From Schlesneria sp. (GTDB lineage Bacteria > Planctomycetota > Planctomycetia > Planctomycetales > Planctomycetaceae), in the NCBI GenBank assembly GCA_028291515.1, contig JAQGHU010000093.1, forward strand, positions 16,486 through 80,485: DNA of 64,000 nt. The letters run 5' to 3'. A program made the translations under genes and the position numbers. Shown piece by piece: positions 19,830-29,596 of the stretch; positions within the stretch are counted from its first letter, which is position 1; each line of letters starts with the position of its first letter. Under the pieces are notes generated by a model, which was not told where the DNA came from, did no database searches, and saw nothing but the letters and a program-made list of their open reading frames with translations.

Positions 19830-21218
19830 TCACAAACCAGCCGCAATCAACGCCGCGCCCACAGCCGCTTCCTCACGATGTTCGGTGAAAGAGATCGGCA
19901 ACCCGAAGGCCTCGGCAACGATTTCTGATAGCAGCGGATTCTCGCGTAGTCCGTTACCTGCTGCAACCAGTTTGGAATGCGACTGGCCCGTCACACGTTC
20001 AATCGCGGCGTAACCCTCACGCAGCGAACGAGCCATCCCTTCCAGCACGGCTCGAGCCAAATGTCGAGCCGTGAAATTCTGCGGTGACAATCCAGTGATC
20101 GCGCCGCGCACACCCGGATCGAGACGTGTACCGGCGAACGACGGATCGCATCTCAGCCCGTCAGCCCCTGCAGGAACGGATTCAGCCAGGCGATTCAGTT
20201 GTTCGTACAGAGCTGTGGTCCCAGGTTGCTGGAACATCGTTCGACCGACATCTCGAAAGAATTGCTCAAGAACCTGGTACGACCAGCCGCCAGACAGGCC
20301 TACGTTGGAGAGCAGGTTGCCACTGCGAGGAAACGGACGCAATTCGATGGGTGGGACGAAGTCGAGTCCCTCCGTAAAGACGGCGACTTGCGCTCCTGTT
20401 CCGACATTCACCAGCACACTGTTCGTTCGATCAGTGACACTCCCCAGAAAACTGGCTTGATGATCACCAATTGGCGCATTAATCGGAATGCCCGTCGGCA
20501 GCCCAGTTGCCGAAGCGACCTCCGGCGTCAGCGTTCCAATCTGTTCATTGGCTTCGCGAACCTCAGGAAACAATGAGTTGGACAATCCCAGTGCCGCGAT
20601 CGACTCCGGATCCCATTGACGGGTTCGCACATTGAAGACGCCGCTGCTTCCCGCGCACGAAGGTTCAGTCACGGCGGGCTGACCAGTCAGCACACTTCCG
20701 AACAAGTCCATGATGAACAGCGCTTTGGTATCTTTCGTTAGTCGATCATGAGCCTTCAGCCAACACAAGGTTCCTGCCATAAACCCAGGTTGCAGGCGGC
20801 AACCGGTCCGCTTCCAGGCATCCTCACCGAGAAGTGATCGGGTTTCCTCAAGCCACGTTCGATCACCCCCTTTGACTTGATCAAGAGCTCGTCGATCCTG
20901 CCAGTTGATGAGTGGCGAAATCGGCTCGCCTGTTCGGTCGACCAGCAACATTCCATGCTGCTGCCCCGCCACGCCAATCCCCTCGACCTGTGAGGCTCGT
21001 TCTCCCAGCCGTTCTGCAACAAGTTGCAGACACGCAATTCCTTGCGCCACGATTTGATCGGCGTCCCACTCGGACCTGCCACGATTGCGGTCGGCATCGC
21101 CAGTGATATTCGCATCATTGGCAACTGTTCCAACGGCCACGACCTCGCGTGCCGAAGTGTCCAGAGCGATGCTCGTGATTTTGGTTGTCCCCAGATCGAC
21201 ACCTAAAACAATCGACAT
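19830..21218 (-). CDS. FGGY-family carbohydrate kinase (sedoheptulokinase-like)
   Basis: GVDLGTTKI, GQQHG, NWQDRR, GDHQAS, NVGTG, EAAVGAA. Confidence 0.85.
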   Translation of the reverse strand: MSIVLGVDLGTTKITSIALDTSAREVVAVGTVANDANITGDADRNRGRSEWDADQIVAQGIACLQLVAERLGERASQVEGIGVAGQQHGMLLVDRTGEPISPLINWQDRRALDQVKGGDRTWLEETRSLLGEDAWKRTGCRLQPGFMAGTLCWLKAHDRLTKDTKALFIMDLFGSVLTGQPAVTEPSCAGSSGVFNVRTRQWDPESIAALGLSNSLFPEVREANEQIGTLTPEVASATGLPTGIPINAPIGDHQASFLGSVTDRTNSVLVNVGTGAQVAVFTEGLDFVPPIELRPFPRSGNLLSNVGLSGGWSYQVLEQFFRDVGRTMFQQPGTTALYEQLNRLAESVPAGADGLRCDPSFAGTRLDPGVRGAITGLSPQNFTARHLARAVLEGMARSLREGYAAIERVTGQSHSKLVAAGNGLRENPLLSEIVAEAFGLPISFTEHREEAAVGAALIAAGL

Positions 21219-21475
21219 CAGCAATTTCCAGTAGAGGACCACGGAGCGAAAGACACGATCAGAACGCAAAACCTACCAATCTGATGGCTCGTGCGAAATC
21301 TCCATCAATTTCTGGCGGAGAAACCTTCGCACAAGGCAGATTTTTGACTCCCGGACGGCAGTCACACATTTTCCATAACTTATGAACGTCAGCGGTGTTG
21401 ATTCCTGTCGCCAGATTACGAAAGCTATACTATACCCACTTCGGATTTTGCTCCGCTCATTCCGTGAGAATCGAC

Positions 21476-21748
21476 ATGTCTCAAGCTATCGTTGATCCCG
21501 CCGAATTGCGCCGTTTCGCCGGAATGCTGCGAGAATTCAATAATGACCTCCAGTCACGGCTGAGCACCGTGTCCGGGCAACTCAATTCGCTCAGCCAGAG
21601 TTGGCGAGATCAGGAACATCTGAAGTTCGCCGAAGAGTTTACTCAGCACCTGAAATTGCTCAGTCGATTTGTCGAAGCCAACGAAAACCATGTGCCGTAT
21701 CTGTTGCGGAAGGCCGAACGGATCGAAGAATACATGCAACAGCGCTGA
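21476..21748 (+). CDS. WXG100 family (ESAT-6-like) protein
   Basis: 90 aa helical hairpin, MSQAIVDPAELRRFA...SWRDQEHLKF (WxD variant). Confidence 0.85.
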   Translation: MSQAIVDPAELRRFAGMLREFNNDLQSRLSTVSGQLNSLSQSWRDQEHLKFAEEFTQHLKLLSRFVEANENHVPYLLRKAERIEEYMQQR

Positions 21749-21775
21749 TCTCGGTAACAGAGTAGGGAGGGGATC

Positions 21776-22408
21776 ATGCCTGGACCTGGAAATGCCAACG
21801 TTCACTCGCTGGACGCACTGCGTGATGTCCGTTTGGCGCTGATGTCCTTCGGCGAGCGAACCGGAACCGCTTTAAGCGAACTCCGGTCGAAGATTGATCG
21901 CACGCTGGCCTGGCTCGAACAGGATCGGCCCCTTTACTGGCGTGAGCAAGAGCGAGCAGCTTACGACGGAGTCTCCAGCACACGCATCGCCTACGAAACG
22001 TGCCGCATGCGAACGGTTGGTGGCAGACATTCAGAGTGCATCGAAGAAAAGATCGCCCACCAGCGAGCCAAAGTTCGTCTGCAGTTCTGCCAGCATAAGT
22101 GCGAAGTGGTCCGTCGATGGACGGCTGAAGCGGGACAGCAATCTGACGAATATCGCGGCCGTTCGGGACCGCTGCATCGTTGCCTGGAAGAGGAAGTTCC
22201 GAATCTGATCGCCGCACTCGGACGGATGATTGAATCGTTGGAAGCCTATGCGGATATCCATTCAGAAAACGAAGAGACAGCAGTTTCGCTCGGCGATGTC
22301 GAAGGCAAAGATGCGGAAGAAGAAGGCAAGTCCGCGGCGAAGTTGGCAACAGAAGAATCACCATCTGTAGCAGAGGCTCAAACAGACTCCTCACATCATA
22401 AAGTTTGA
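21776..22408 (+). CDS. Helical protein of the WXG100 operon with acidic tail
   Basis: 210 aa; N-terminus (ANVHSLDALRDVRLAL..F) and LGRMIESLEAY resemble the termini of the WXG100 protein. Confidence 0.7.
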   Translation: MPGPGNANVHSLDALRDVRLALMSFGERTGTALSELRSKIDRTLAWLEQDRPLYWREQERAAYDGVSSTRIAYETCRMRTVGGRHSECIEEKIAHQRAKVRLQFCQHKCEVVRRWTAEAGQQSDEYRGRSGPLHRCLEEEVPNLIAALGRMIESLEAYADIHSENEETAVSLGDVEGKDAEEEGKSAAKLATEESPSVAEAQTDSSHHKV

Positions 22409-22419
22409 CACGAGATATC

Positions 22420-22650
22420 ATGGCACTCGGTAGCTTGATCGACGGTGCGGGACAAATCAAAACGGCGGCGGACCGATTGGAAGAGGTCTGGGCCATCGCG
22501 CGATCGTCGTGGAACGATTCAGTCAGTCAGGCACTTGAAGAAGAACACATCGAACCGCTGCTGCTGCAAGTGCGAACAACGTTGGATGCCATAGCCCGAT
22601 TGAACGGTGTGCTGATACGGGCATGCCGCGAATGCGAGGATCGCGAGTGA
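22420..22650 (+). CDS. Second small WXG100-like protein
   Basis: 76 aa, two helices joined by SWND; overlaps the next start codon. Confidence 0.65.
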   Translation: MALGSLIDGAGQIKTAADRLEEVWAIARSSWNDSVSQALEEEHIEPLLLQVRTTLDAIARLNGVLIRACRECEDRE

Positions 22651-25600
22651 ATACAAGTACGGAATTGACGGTCGAACGCGAACGACAACTGGTCAAGCAA
22701 CTGCTGGATCTGGTCGCGGAGCGTTCACGTCGCGAGCAAGAAATCGAATCTCGACATGCCTCAGAGATTTCCGCGGAAGAAAAGCAATATCAGCAAGTCT
22801 TCCAAATGCTGACGGAGAACTACGAGTCTGAATTCGCATCTCGCCAGCAGTCTTACAGTGCCGAACAGATGGCCATTGAGGAATACTGGAACGCCGAATC
22901 GGCAACGGTTCAGGAGCAGTTTGAACGTACAACTCAACAGATCGGTGAGCAGTGGCAGACAGAGAAAGATGCTGCTCAGAAGGAGTATGACGATGCTGGC
23001 TGGTTGTTGGCGTCGTTACTCGACGGAGACACAACCGATAGCCCGCTGTCACGACTGCAAGCGATCACGTCTGGCATGGCGGCCAGTCGAACTGAGTTAG
23101 AAACGTCGCTGACAACTCTCGACGGCTGGTATCGCACGGCAACAGTTTTCTTGCAGCGAGGTCGTCTGCTGGGTGAGGCGACGATGCCGCCGCCCTCGGT
23201 GTTGCCGCTCGACCTGACGGGCTTGCATCAGTCATGCGTGGACGCAACGCGAGAGGCCGAACCGATCCAGCGACGACTGATGAGCCGGTTCCTGCCGCAT
23301 GTCTTTCGCGGATTCTCGCCACTGGTCGCGTTCGTGATCTGTTGCGGAGTATTTTCCTCGCTGGTCTGGCTGATCCCCCCCTCGTTAATCGGCCTGAAGA
23401 TCGATCCTACGGCGCGAGATTGGGTCTGGATTGCCAGTGGTGCCGGATCAGCGATCGCTTTGATCGTCATGTTTCTGCTGCATCTGTACGCAGGCCATCA
23501 AACATTGCCCGACTATGACAAATTGCTGCAACTGGCCACAGACGCTGACACGGCATTTCATCGCTGGACTGCTGCCGCTGAACGAGATTGCGAAACTCAG
23601 AAGGCCGAACTACTGCAACTGGATGAGTCTCGAGAAAAGAAACGAGTGGCGGCGGTCGCACATTCGGATGCCAAACTCCGTTCGCGACTCAAGGCAGCCG
23701 CGGGGCAACGGGATGCGGAGCTGGATGCGGCACAGGCCACTTTCCCCACACGGTTGGCCGAGATCGAAACGATCTCGGCTCGACAGCTTCAGGAATCTGA
23801 GACAAGGTACACCACGGAACGCCAGGATTTGCTTCTGCAGCGCGAGCGAGACTTCCGCAACCTGCAGGCGGAATTCGATCAACGGGTTGGTGAAAGTCGC
23901 CTCCAGTACCAGCAGAGCTGGAATCAACTGGTTCGAGACTGGCACGGTGGACTGCGTGAAACAGGTGCCGCCGCCGATGCCATGTGTGATGCGCTGCGAC
24001 GGAATTGTCCTAAATGGTCGACGGTCCTCGGCGGGTGGTTGGAATCACGGATCCCCCAGGATCATGGTCCCGCCGCCAGTGACAACATCTTGACCATGGG
24101 TCGCATCGTCGCCGATTTGGCCACCATTCCCGAAGGACTATCGAGTGATCCTCGTTTAACCGCAGAAAGAAGCCAGTTCGAGTTTCCGCTGCTGCTGTCG
24201 CTGGCGGACAAGCCATCGCTGGTTGTTCGTTCCAAAGGAGAGAATCGAGCGGAAGCCATGCAGGTGCTGCAGACGGCGATGCTGCGGTACCTGACGACAC
24301 TTCCACCAGGCAAGATTCGCTTCACGATTCTTGATCCCGTCGGCCTGGGTGCCAACTTCGCTTCGTTCATGCATCTGACTGACATCGACGAGTTGATGAT
24401 CACCAGCCGCATCTGGACCGAGCCTGCACAGATCGAGAAGCGCCTGGCGGATTTGACCGAGCACATGGAAAACGTGCTGCAGACATATCTGCGAAATGAA
24501 TACGCAACACTCGACGATTACAACCGTGAAGCGGGCGAAGTCGCCGAACCCTACCGCATCCTGGTCGTCGCCAACTTTCCCACCAACATCACCGAGATCG
24601 CATTGCGGCGACTGGTCAGCATCGCCGAGGGTGGCGTCAAATGCGGTGTCTTTCTGCTGATGAGCGTCGATGAATCCCAACAACTTCCTCGCGGCTTTTC
24701 GCTCGCGGATATCGAACGCCATGCCACGGTCTTGCGTCTGGCATCACCGACAAAGGTCAACCAGCAGGGGGCGTCACTAAAAGACCTCTCGCTTGTCCCG
24801 TCTGCGCATGCAGAACTCGCCCAATCAATTCCCACTCGCAATGGAACGACGCTTCCAACACGGTCCTTGACTTCAACATTCCGTCTGGCGGATCCGGCCC
24901 TCGGCGATTGGCCTCTTGTGCTAGACGAGCCGCCTGGGGCGGATGAATTCGGCCAGATTGTTCGCCGCGCCGGGCAATTAGCTCGGTCAGTTCGCCGAGT
25001 GGAAGTTCCGTTCGAACGAGTGATGCCGCCCGCCAACGAATTCTGGACATCCAGCACTCGAACAGGATTGGATGTTCCCATCGGACGCGCGGGGGCCACC
25101 AAATTGCAGTATCTGCGATTGGGAAAAGGAACGTCCCAGCATGTGCTGATCGCTGGTAAGACCGGTTCAGGAAAGTCATCCCTGCTGCACGCGTTGATCA
25201 CCAATGCTGCGTTACATTACAGCCCGGATGAAGTCGAGTTCTACCTGATTGACTTCAAGAAGGGGGTCGAGTTCAAGACCTACGCCACGCACCGCCTGCC
25301 ACACGCCCGTGTGATCGCCATCGAAAGCGATCGCGAGTTTGGCGTCAGCGTCCTGCAGCGGTTGGACAATCTGCTCAAAGATCGCGGCGAAATGTTCAGA
25401 CGAGTCGGCGTGCAGGACTTGCAGGGCTATCGGGATGCACGACCGAACGAACCGTTGCCGCGAGTTCTCCTGGTAATCGATGAATTCCAGGAATTCTTCA
25501 TCGAAGACGATTCTCTGTCACAGTCTGCCGCCTTGTTATTTGATCGGCTGATCCGGCAAGGGCGCGCGTTTGGAATACACGTGCTGCTGGGCAGTCAGAC

Positions 25601-26948
25601 TCTGGCCGGGGCGTATTCGCTGGCCCGCAGCACGCTGGGACAGATCGCCGTTCGTATCGCGCTGCAGTGCAGCGATACCGATGCCCACTTGATTCTGAGC
25701 GAAGAGAACACCGCCGCGCGTCTGCTGACACGGCCTGGTGAAGCAATCTACAATGATGCGAACGGCCTTGTGGAAGGGAACCATCCATTTCAAGTTGTCT
25801 GGCTGGATGATTCACAGCGAGAGACGTATCTCGATTGGATGCGACCCTGGGCAGAAGAGTTTCATAAGCGTCTGAATGGAACGCCTTCATCGACCGACGA
25901 ATCCCGCTGGCCCGAGCCTGTCGTGTTCGAAGGCAATACGGCGGCCGATCCGCTCTTGAATCCGAATGTGCTGGATGCCGTGCAGCAATTGACGGCCCCA
26001 TCGAACAGAACGGTCACATCTTCGAGTGCCCGTTCTTGCTGGCTTGGTGAGGCAGTCGCACTCACGGGCCCCACAGAATTGCAATTCGGTCCTCGCGATG
26101 GAGGTCCGTTCCTGGTCATTGGTCGAGACGAAGACGCCGCGTTGGGTATCTTGTCGAACAGCATCCTGGCGCTGGCCGGGCAGGGAACTGAACCACCCCG
26201 CTTCGTCATCCTCGATGGCAGTCTGCCCAACAGCCTGGCGGCCAAAACATGGCGCTCGCTGGCGTCATTGATTCCATCATTGAACGTCGTCAATCCGCGC
26301 GATTCCGCAGCGGCGTTGCGGCAGGTTGTCGACAACATGCATGCTCGGCAAGACGACACAACGACGCCGACGTTCGTGATCGCATTCGATCTATCGCGGT
26401 TTCGTGACCTTCGCAAATCCGACGACGAATTCGGCGGGTTTGGCGGCTTCGAGAAGGAGAAGACTGTCAGTCCGTCGGCCCTGTTCAGCGAAATCGTTAA
26501 AGATGGTCCGGCAGCAGAGGTCTTCACCTTCACGTGGTGCGACGGTTATCAGACCGCTCAGCGCTGGCTCGGGCGCGAGTTGCTGGGGCGATTCGAAATC
26601 CGCGTCCTGTTTGCCATGAACGCGAATGATTCAAGCAATCTGATCGACAGCCCGGTTGCGGGACGATTGGGCCCGAACCGCGCGCTTCTGTACCGCGGTG
26701 ATCTCGGAACGATCGATAAGTTTCGGCCGTACAAGTCGCTCTCTCCGGGCTGGTTCGAAGAACTTCGGCATCAGTCCTTAACGACGGAATCAAGTGAATC
26801 CGTCGAAGAGATCGCGGAAGATGTGGAGGCAGTTCCTCTCGACATCGAACAACCTGCGATGATTGAGTCCGATTCACCAGAACCAGCGCATCAAGACTCC
26901 GATGGCAGTGATACCTGGACGGACCTTGATCAGCTAAACGTCAGCTAA
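22647..26948 (+). CDS. Membrane-anchored FtsK/SpoIIIE-family ATPase (EssC/EccC-like)
   Basis: Coiled coil, 2 TM segments, coiled coil; one intact ATPase domain (GKTGSGKS, LIDFKKG, VIDEFQ, RQGRAFGIH) between degenerate ones; GTG start in GTGA overlap. Confidence 0.88.
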   Translation: MNTSTELTVERERQLVKQLLDLVAERSRREQEIESRHASEISAEEKQYQQVFQMLTENYESEFASRQQSYSAEQMAIEEYWNAESATVQEQFERTTQQIGEQWQTEKDAAQKEYDDAGWLLASLLDGDTTDSPLSRLQAITSGMAASRTELETSLTTLDGWYRTATVFLQRGRLLGEATMPPPSVLPLDLTGLHQSCVDATREAEPIQRRLMSRFLPHVFRGFSPLVAFVICCGVFSSLVWLIPPSLIGLKIDPTARDWVWIASGAGSAIALIVMFLLHLYAGHQTLPDYDKLLQLATDADTAFHRWTAAAERDCETQKAELLQLDESREKKRVAAVAHSDAKLRSRLKAAAGQRDAELDAAQATFPTRLAEIETISARQLQESETRYTTERQDLLLQRERDFRNLQAEFDQRVGESRLQYQQSWNQLVRDWHGGLRETGAAADAMCDALRRNCPKWSTVLGGWLESRIPQDHGPAASDNILTMGRIVADLATIPEGLSSDPRLTAERSQFEFPLLLSLADKPSLVVRSKGENRAEAMQVLQTAMLRYLTTLPPGKIRFTILDPVGLGANFASFMHLTDIDELMITSRIWTEPAQIEKRLADLTEHMENVLQTYLRNEYATLDDYNREAGEVAEPYRILVVANFPTNITEIALRRLVSIAEGGVKCGVFLLMSVDESQQLPRGFSLADIERHATVLRLASPTKVNQQGASLKDLSLVPSAHAELAQSIPTRNGTTLPTRSLTSTFRLADPALGDWPLVLDEPPGADEFGQIVRRAGQLARSVRRVEVPFERVMPPANEFWTSSTRTGLDVPIGRAGATKLQYLRLGKGTSQHVLIAGKTGSGKSSLLHALITNAALHYSPDEVEFYLIDFKKGVEFKTYATHRLPHARVIAIESDREFGVSVLQRLDNLLKDRGEMFRRVGVQDLQGYRDARPNEPLPRVLLVIDEFQEFFIEDDSLSQSAALLFDRLIRQGRAFGIHVLLGSQTLAGAYSLARSTLGQIAVRIALQCSDTDAHLILSEENTAARLLTRPGEAIYNDANGLVEGNHPFQVVWLDDSQRETYLDWMRPWAEEFHKRLNGTPSSTDESRWPEPVVFEGNTAADPLLNPNVLDAVQQLTAPSNRTVTSSSARSCWLGEAVALTGPTELQFGPRDGGPFLVIGRDEDAALGILSNSILALAGQGTEPPRFVILDGSLPNSLAAKTWRSLASLIPSLNVVNPRDSAAALRQVVDNMHARQDDTTTPTFVIAFDLSRFRDLRKSDDEFGGFGGFEKEKTVSPSALFSEIVKDGPAAEVFTFTWCDGYQTAQRWLGRELLGRFEIRVLFAMNANDSSNLIDSPVAGRLGPNRALLYRGDLGTIDKFRPYKSLSPGWFEELRHQSLTTESSESVEEIAEDVEAVPLDIEQPAMIESDSPEPAHQDSDGSDTWTDLDQLNVS

Positions 26949-26968
26949 CCAAACCTTCGTCACAGAGG

Positions 26969-28936
26969 CTACTTCGCCCCGGCAGTCGTTAGCTTCGTTG
27001 ACCCGACCGTCGGAACGCGGACCGGGGGTGCGCCCGGAGCTTGCGCCTGCAGTTGCGTCGGCTTCTGCAACAGCTTCGGCAGGTCGACTTTGCCAAACCA
27101 GTCAAAATTGAACTTCTCCGACTTGCGTAGGTGCTGCTCCATGGTTTCGTTCTGTCCGAGTCGCACAAATCCACCGGGACCGCTTCCTATCATTGTCTGC
27201 CAGACTTCTTGACCTTTGTAGAGGAATTTCACCCGGCTGTAGTAGTCGCGTACGGTGTACGTTTCCGAACTGCGTCCTGGTCCAATAGTTCGATACGTGA
27301 TCTGTCGCGGTTGACCGATCTCCGTCTGAGCGATCAGATCAATAGTTCCTGAAGGTCCCGCATCGAAGCCCGCTTCTTTCAGTCGAGCAGCGAGCGCCTT
27401 TTCCACAAACTCTTTCCCGGCAGCATCCACGCCAGAGACGTCGATCTTGACCGTCGTCCCTGGCTTCAACACGAAGAAATCTGGTTGCGACATCGCCTTC
27501 GCGAGCGCATCTTTCACCGCAGGCGGAGGAAGCTGCGCCCCCAGAAGCGCTCCCGGCTTCTGTCCATCCGAGACCACAAACCAAGTCATCCCACCAATCT
27601 GCTGTGCGAAATCACCGCCGTCATAATCCCACAGCTTCACCTGGTTTTCGAGATCGATCAGATATCGATTTCCAAGCAGCACGTGCTCTTCGCTGGGCCA
27701 GGTGATGTTTCCCATCACGTGTAATCCGTTATAAGGCATTTCTCGGTACAGTTCTCCGGTCGCGAAATCCCAGACCAGCAGTCGATCGTGCGCTGCCATA
27801 CCCAGCTTGGATTGGCCGGGGCTGAATGCGAGATTGGGCCAGGGCGCGTAAGAAATCGGTTGCAGCGCGACAACCTCACCTTGAGCCAGATCTAGAATCC
27901 CGAGGTTTTTGTCGTCCGCGAAGGCCAACCATTTTTGATCGGGACTGATGGCCGGCTTGCAGCCTCCCTTGATTTCCATTTGATAGACGGGCTTCATTTC
28001 TTCCACTTCCCACACGACCAGCTTCCCTTTGCTGCTGACCGTGACCAATCGTTCGTTTCCGATGAACGCCCCCCAGGCGACATCGCGGTCACCACCCGAA
28101 GACTCGTCATGGGGAACCCACTGGATCCCTTTGGATGCGGACTTCGCGGACATGTCCCAGATTTCCAGACGATCCTGGCTGCCATGTCCGAACTCATCCC
28201 GTCTGAGCAGGACCTGCTTTCCATCTTCGCTGACGGCCAGCAAAACCTGCTTACTGGGCAAGCTCCCCTCTGCCGACACTTTCGAAGACTCCAGATTGCA
28301 CACGACAACTCGCGTTGTCGCGGGTTGGTTGACGCCAGGCTTTTGCAATTGGTAGCCAATCGCGGCGAATTTGCCACCTGGACTGCCGGCCAAGCTCTTC
28401 GCTCCTTCGAAGAAGTCGGTCTTTTTGGGTGTGGCGATCGTCTTCGGTTTCGGTTTAGCGGCGGCGGACTGGGCTTCCGGGATCTCGAATTTCCACGGTT
28501 CGTTTGATTGAGTCACCGTGACAACTCTGACATCGGAATAGTCGGGAACGATCAACCTGGTCGACGATGATTTGCGCGTCTCCGGATCCTTCTCAGGAGT
28601 TGGCTTGCCCTTGGTCGTCGGCTTCGATTTGAACGGATCATCCGACTTCGTTTTAAAGGGGCTGTCGGCGTTCTTTTCCTGATCCGCCACATATTTCTGG
28701 TCTGCAGTACTGAGCTTCTTAAGTTCAATTTCCATCTCGGTGCCGTCAGGCTTTTCGAGCGTAATTTTACCCTTTTCGTTCGAGACGAATTTGCCCTGGA
28801 TCTTGAACTTGCCGCTGGCGTCAGACCAGGTCCTCATGTCCGCGGCGATCGCCGTGCCAAGACTCATCGCGCTCAAGATCGACAAAAATACTGTCGCGCA
28901 AATGAGCAACCGAAGGATTGGCAGACGAGGGAACAT
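26969..28936 (-). CDS. Secreted SHD1-domain protein with beta-propeller-like region
   Basis: Signal peptide; MRTWSDASGKFKIQGKF...LSTADQKYV (SHD1); WD-like strands (LLVWDF, VKLWDY). Confidence 0.8.
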   Translation of the reverse strand: MFPRLPILRLLICATVFLSILSAMSLGTAIAADMRTWSDASGKFKIQGKFVSNEKGKITLEKPDGTEMEIELKKLSTADQKYVADQEKNADSPFKTKSDDPFKSKPTTKGKPTPEKDPETRKSSSTRLIVPDYSDVRVVTVTQSNEPWKFEIPEAQSAAAKPKPKTIATPKKTDFFEGAKSLAGSPGGKFAAIGYQLQKPGVNQPATTRVVVCNLESSKVSAEGSLPSKQVLLAVSEDGKQVLLRRDEFGHGSQDRLEIWDMSAKSASKGIQWVPHDESSGGDRDVAWGAFIGNERLVTVSSKGKLVVWEVEEMKPVYQMEIKGGCKPAISPDQKWLAFADDKNLGILDLAQGEVVALQPISYAPWPNLAFSPGQSKLGMAAHDRLLVWDFATGELYREMPYNGLHVMGNITWPSEEHVLLGNRYLIDLENQVKLWDYDGGDFAQQIGGMTWFVVSDGQKPGALLGAQLPPPAVKDALAKAMSQPDFFVLKPGTTVKIDVSGVDAAGKEFVEKALAARLKEAGFDAGPSGTIDLIAQTEIGQPRQITYRTIGPGRSSETYTVRDYYSRVKFLYKGQEVWQTMIGSGPGGFVRLGQNETMEQHLRKSEKFNFDWFGKVDLPKLLQKPTQLQAQAPGAPPVRVPTVGSTKLTTAGAK

Positions 28937-29129
28937 GGGTTTCTCCGCGGCAACTGGAATCAGTGAAGAGATCGAAGATTGGAGAATGATTTGACTAGGA
29001 TTAAATCATCGCAACTGATGCGTTGCAAGAATGCATGCGAGAACAGAAATATGAATGTTTTTTTGCCTCGTGTCCACGAGAAAATTCAAAATATGAGGTA
29101 CCCGAGATTTCCGAGTTCCGATCAGCCCT

Positions 29130-29552
29130 TCAAACGACGTTGGGAACCTCGAACGCCGTAGAAATTTGCTGCGGAACACGTTTGGGAACTCCGGTCGCGT
29201 AGTCAATAAACGCCCAATTCGTTTCGGCTTTGGCCAGCACAACCTCGCTAAGCTCGCGCGGCGTCAAAATCAGGAATCGCCGCAGTGACGTGACCTTCTT
29301 CATCTCGGCGACCCACGTCCGCACGACGATCTTGTCGCCCAGCAAGGCCGACGACAGGTACTCAATAAAATGAGACCGAACGACCCAGCCGCATCCCAAC
29401 GCTGCATACGCCTCGGCCGGCCAACCCTGCGCCGCGGAATGCGCGAGCGCCGCTGACTGCATCCATTTCAAGTAGGAAATATTGTTCGCGTGCCCCAGAT
29501 CGTCCAAGTCGGCCGTCGCAACGGTGTGAGTCCATTCCAGAATCGCAGGCAT
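29130..29552 (-). CDS. Acyl-CoA thioesterase (4HBT/YbgC family)
   Basis: DLDDLGHANNISYLKW, VVRSHFIEY. Confidence 0.88.
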   Translation of the reverse strand: MPAILEWTHTVATADLDDLGHANNISYLKWMQSAALAHSAAQGWPAEAYAALGCGWVVRSHFIEYLSSALLGDKIVVRTWVAEMKKVTSLRRFLILTPRELSEVVLAKAETNWAFIDYATGVPKRVPQQISTAFEVPNVV

Positions 29553-29596
29553 CAGAATCCTATTTCGTCAGGTCAAAACTCGTGAGATCAATACGG

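Noticed and set aside
21774-22496. 240-aa minus-strand ORF across the WXG100 operon
   Set aside because: Antisense shadow with Arg/Pro/Leu-rich non-globular composition
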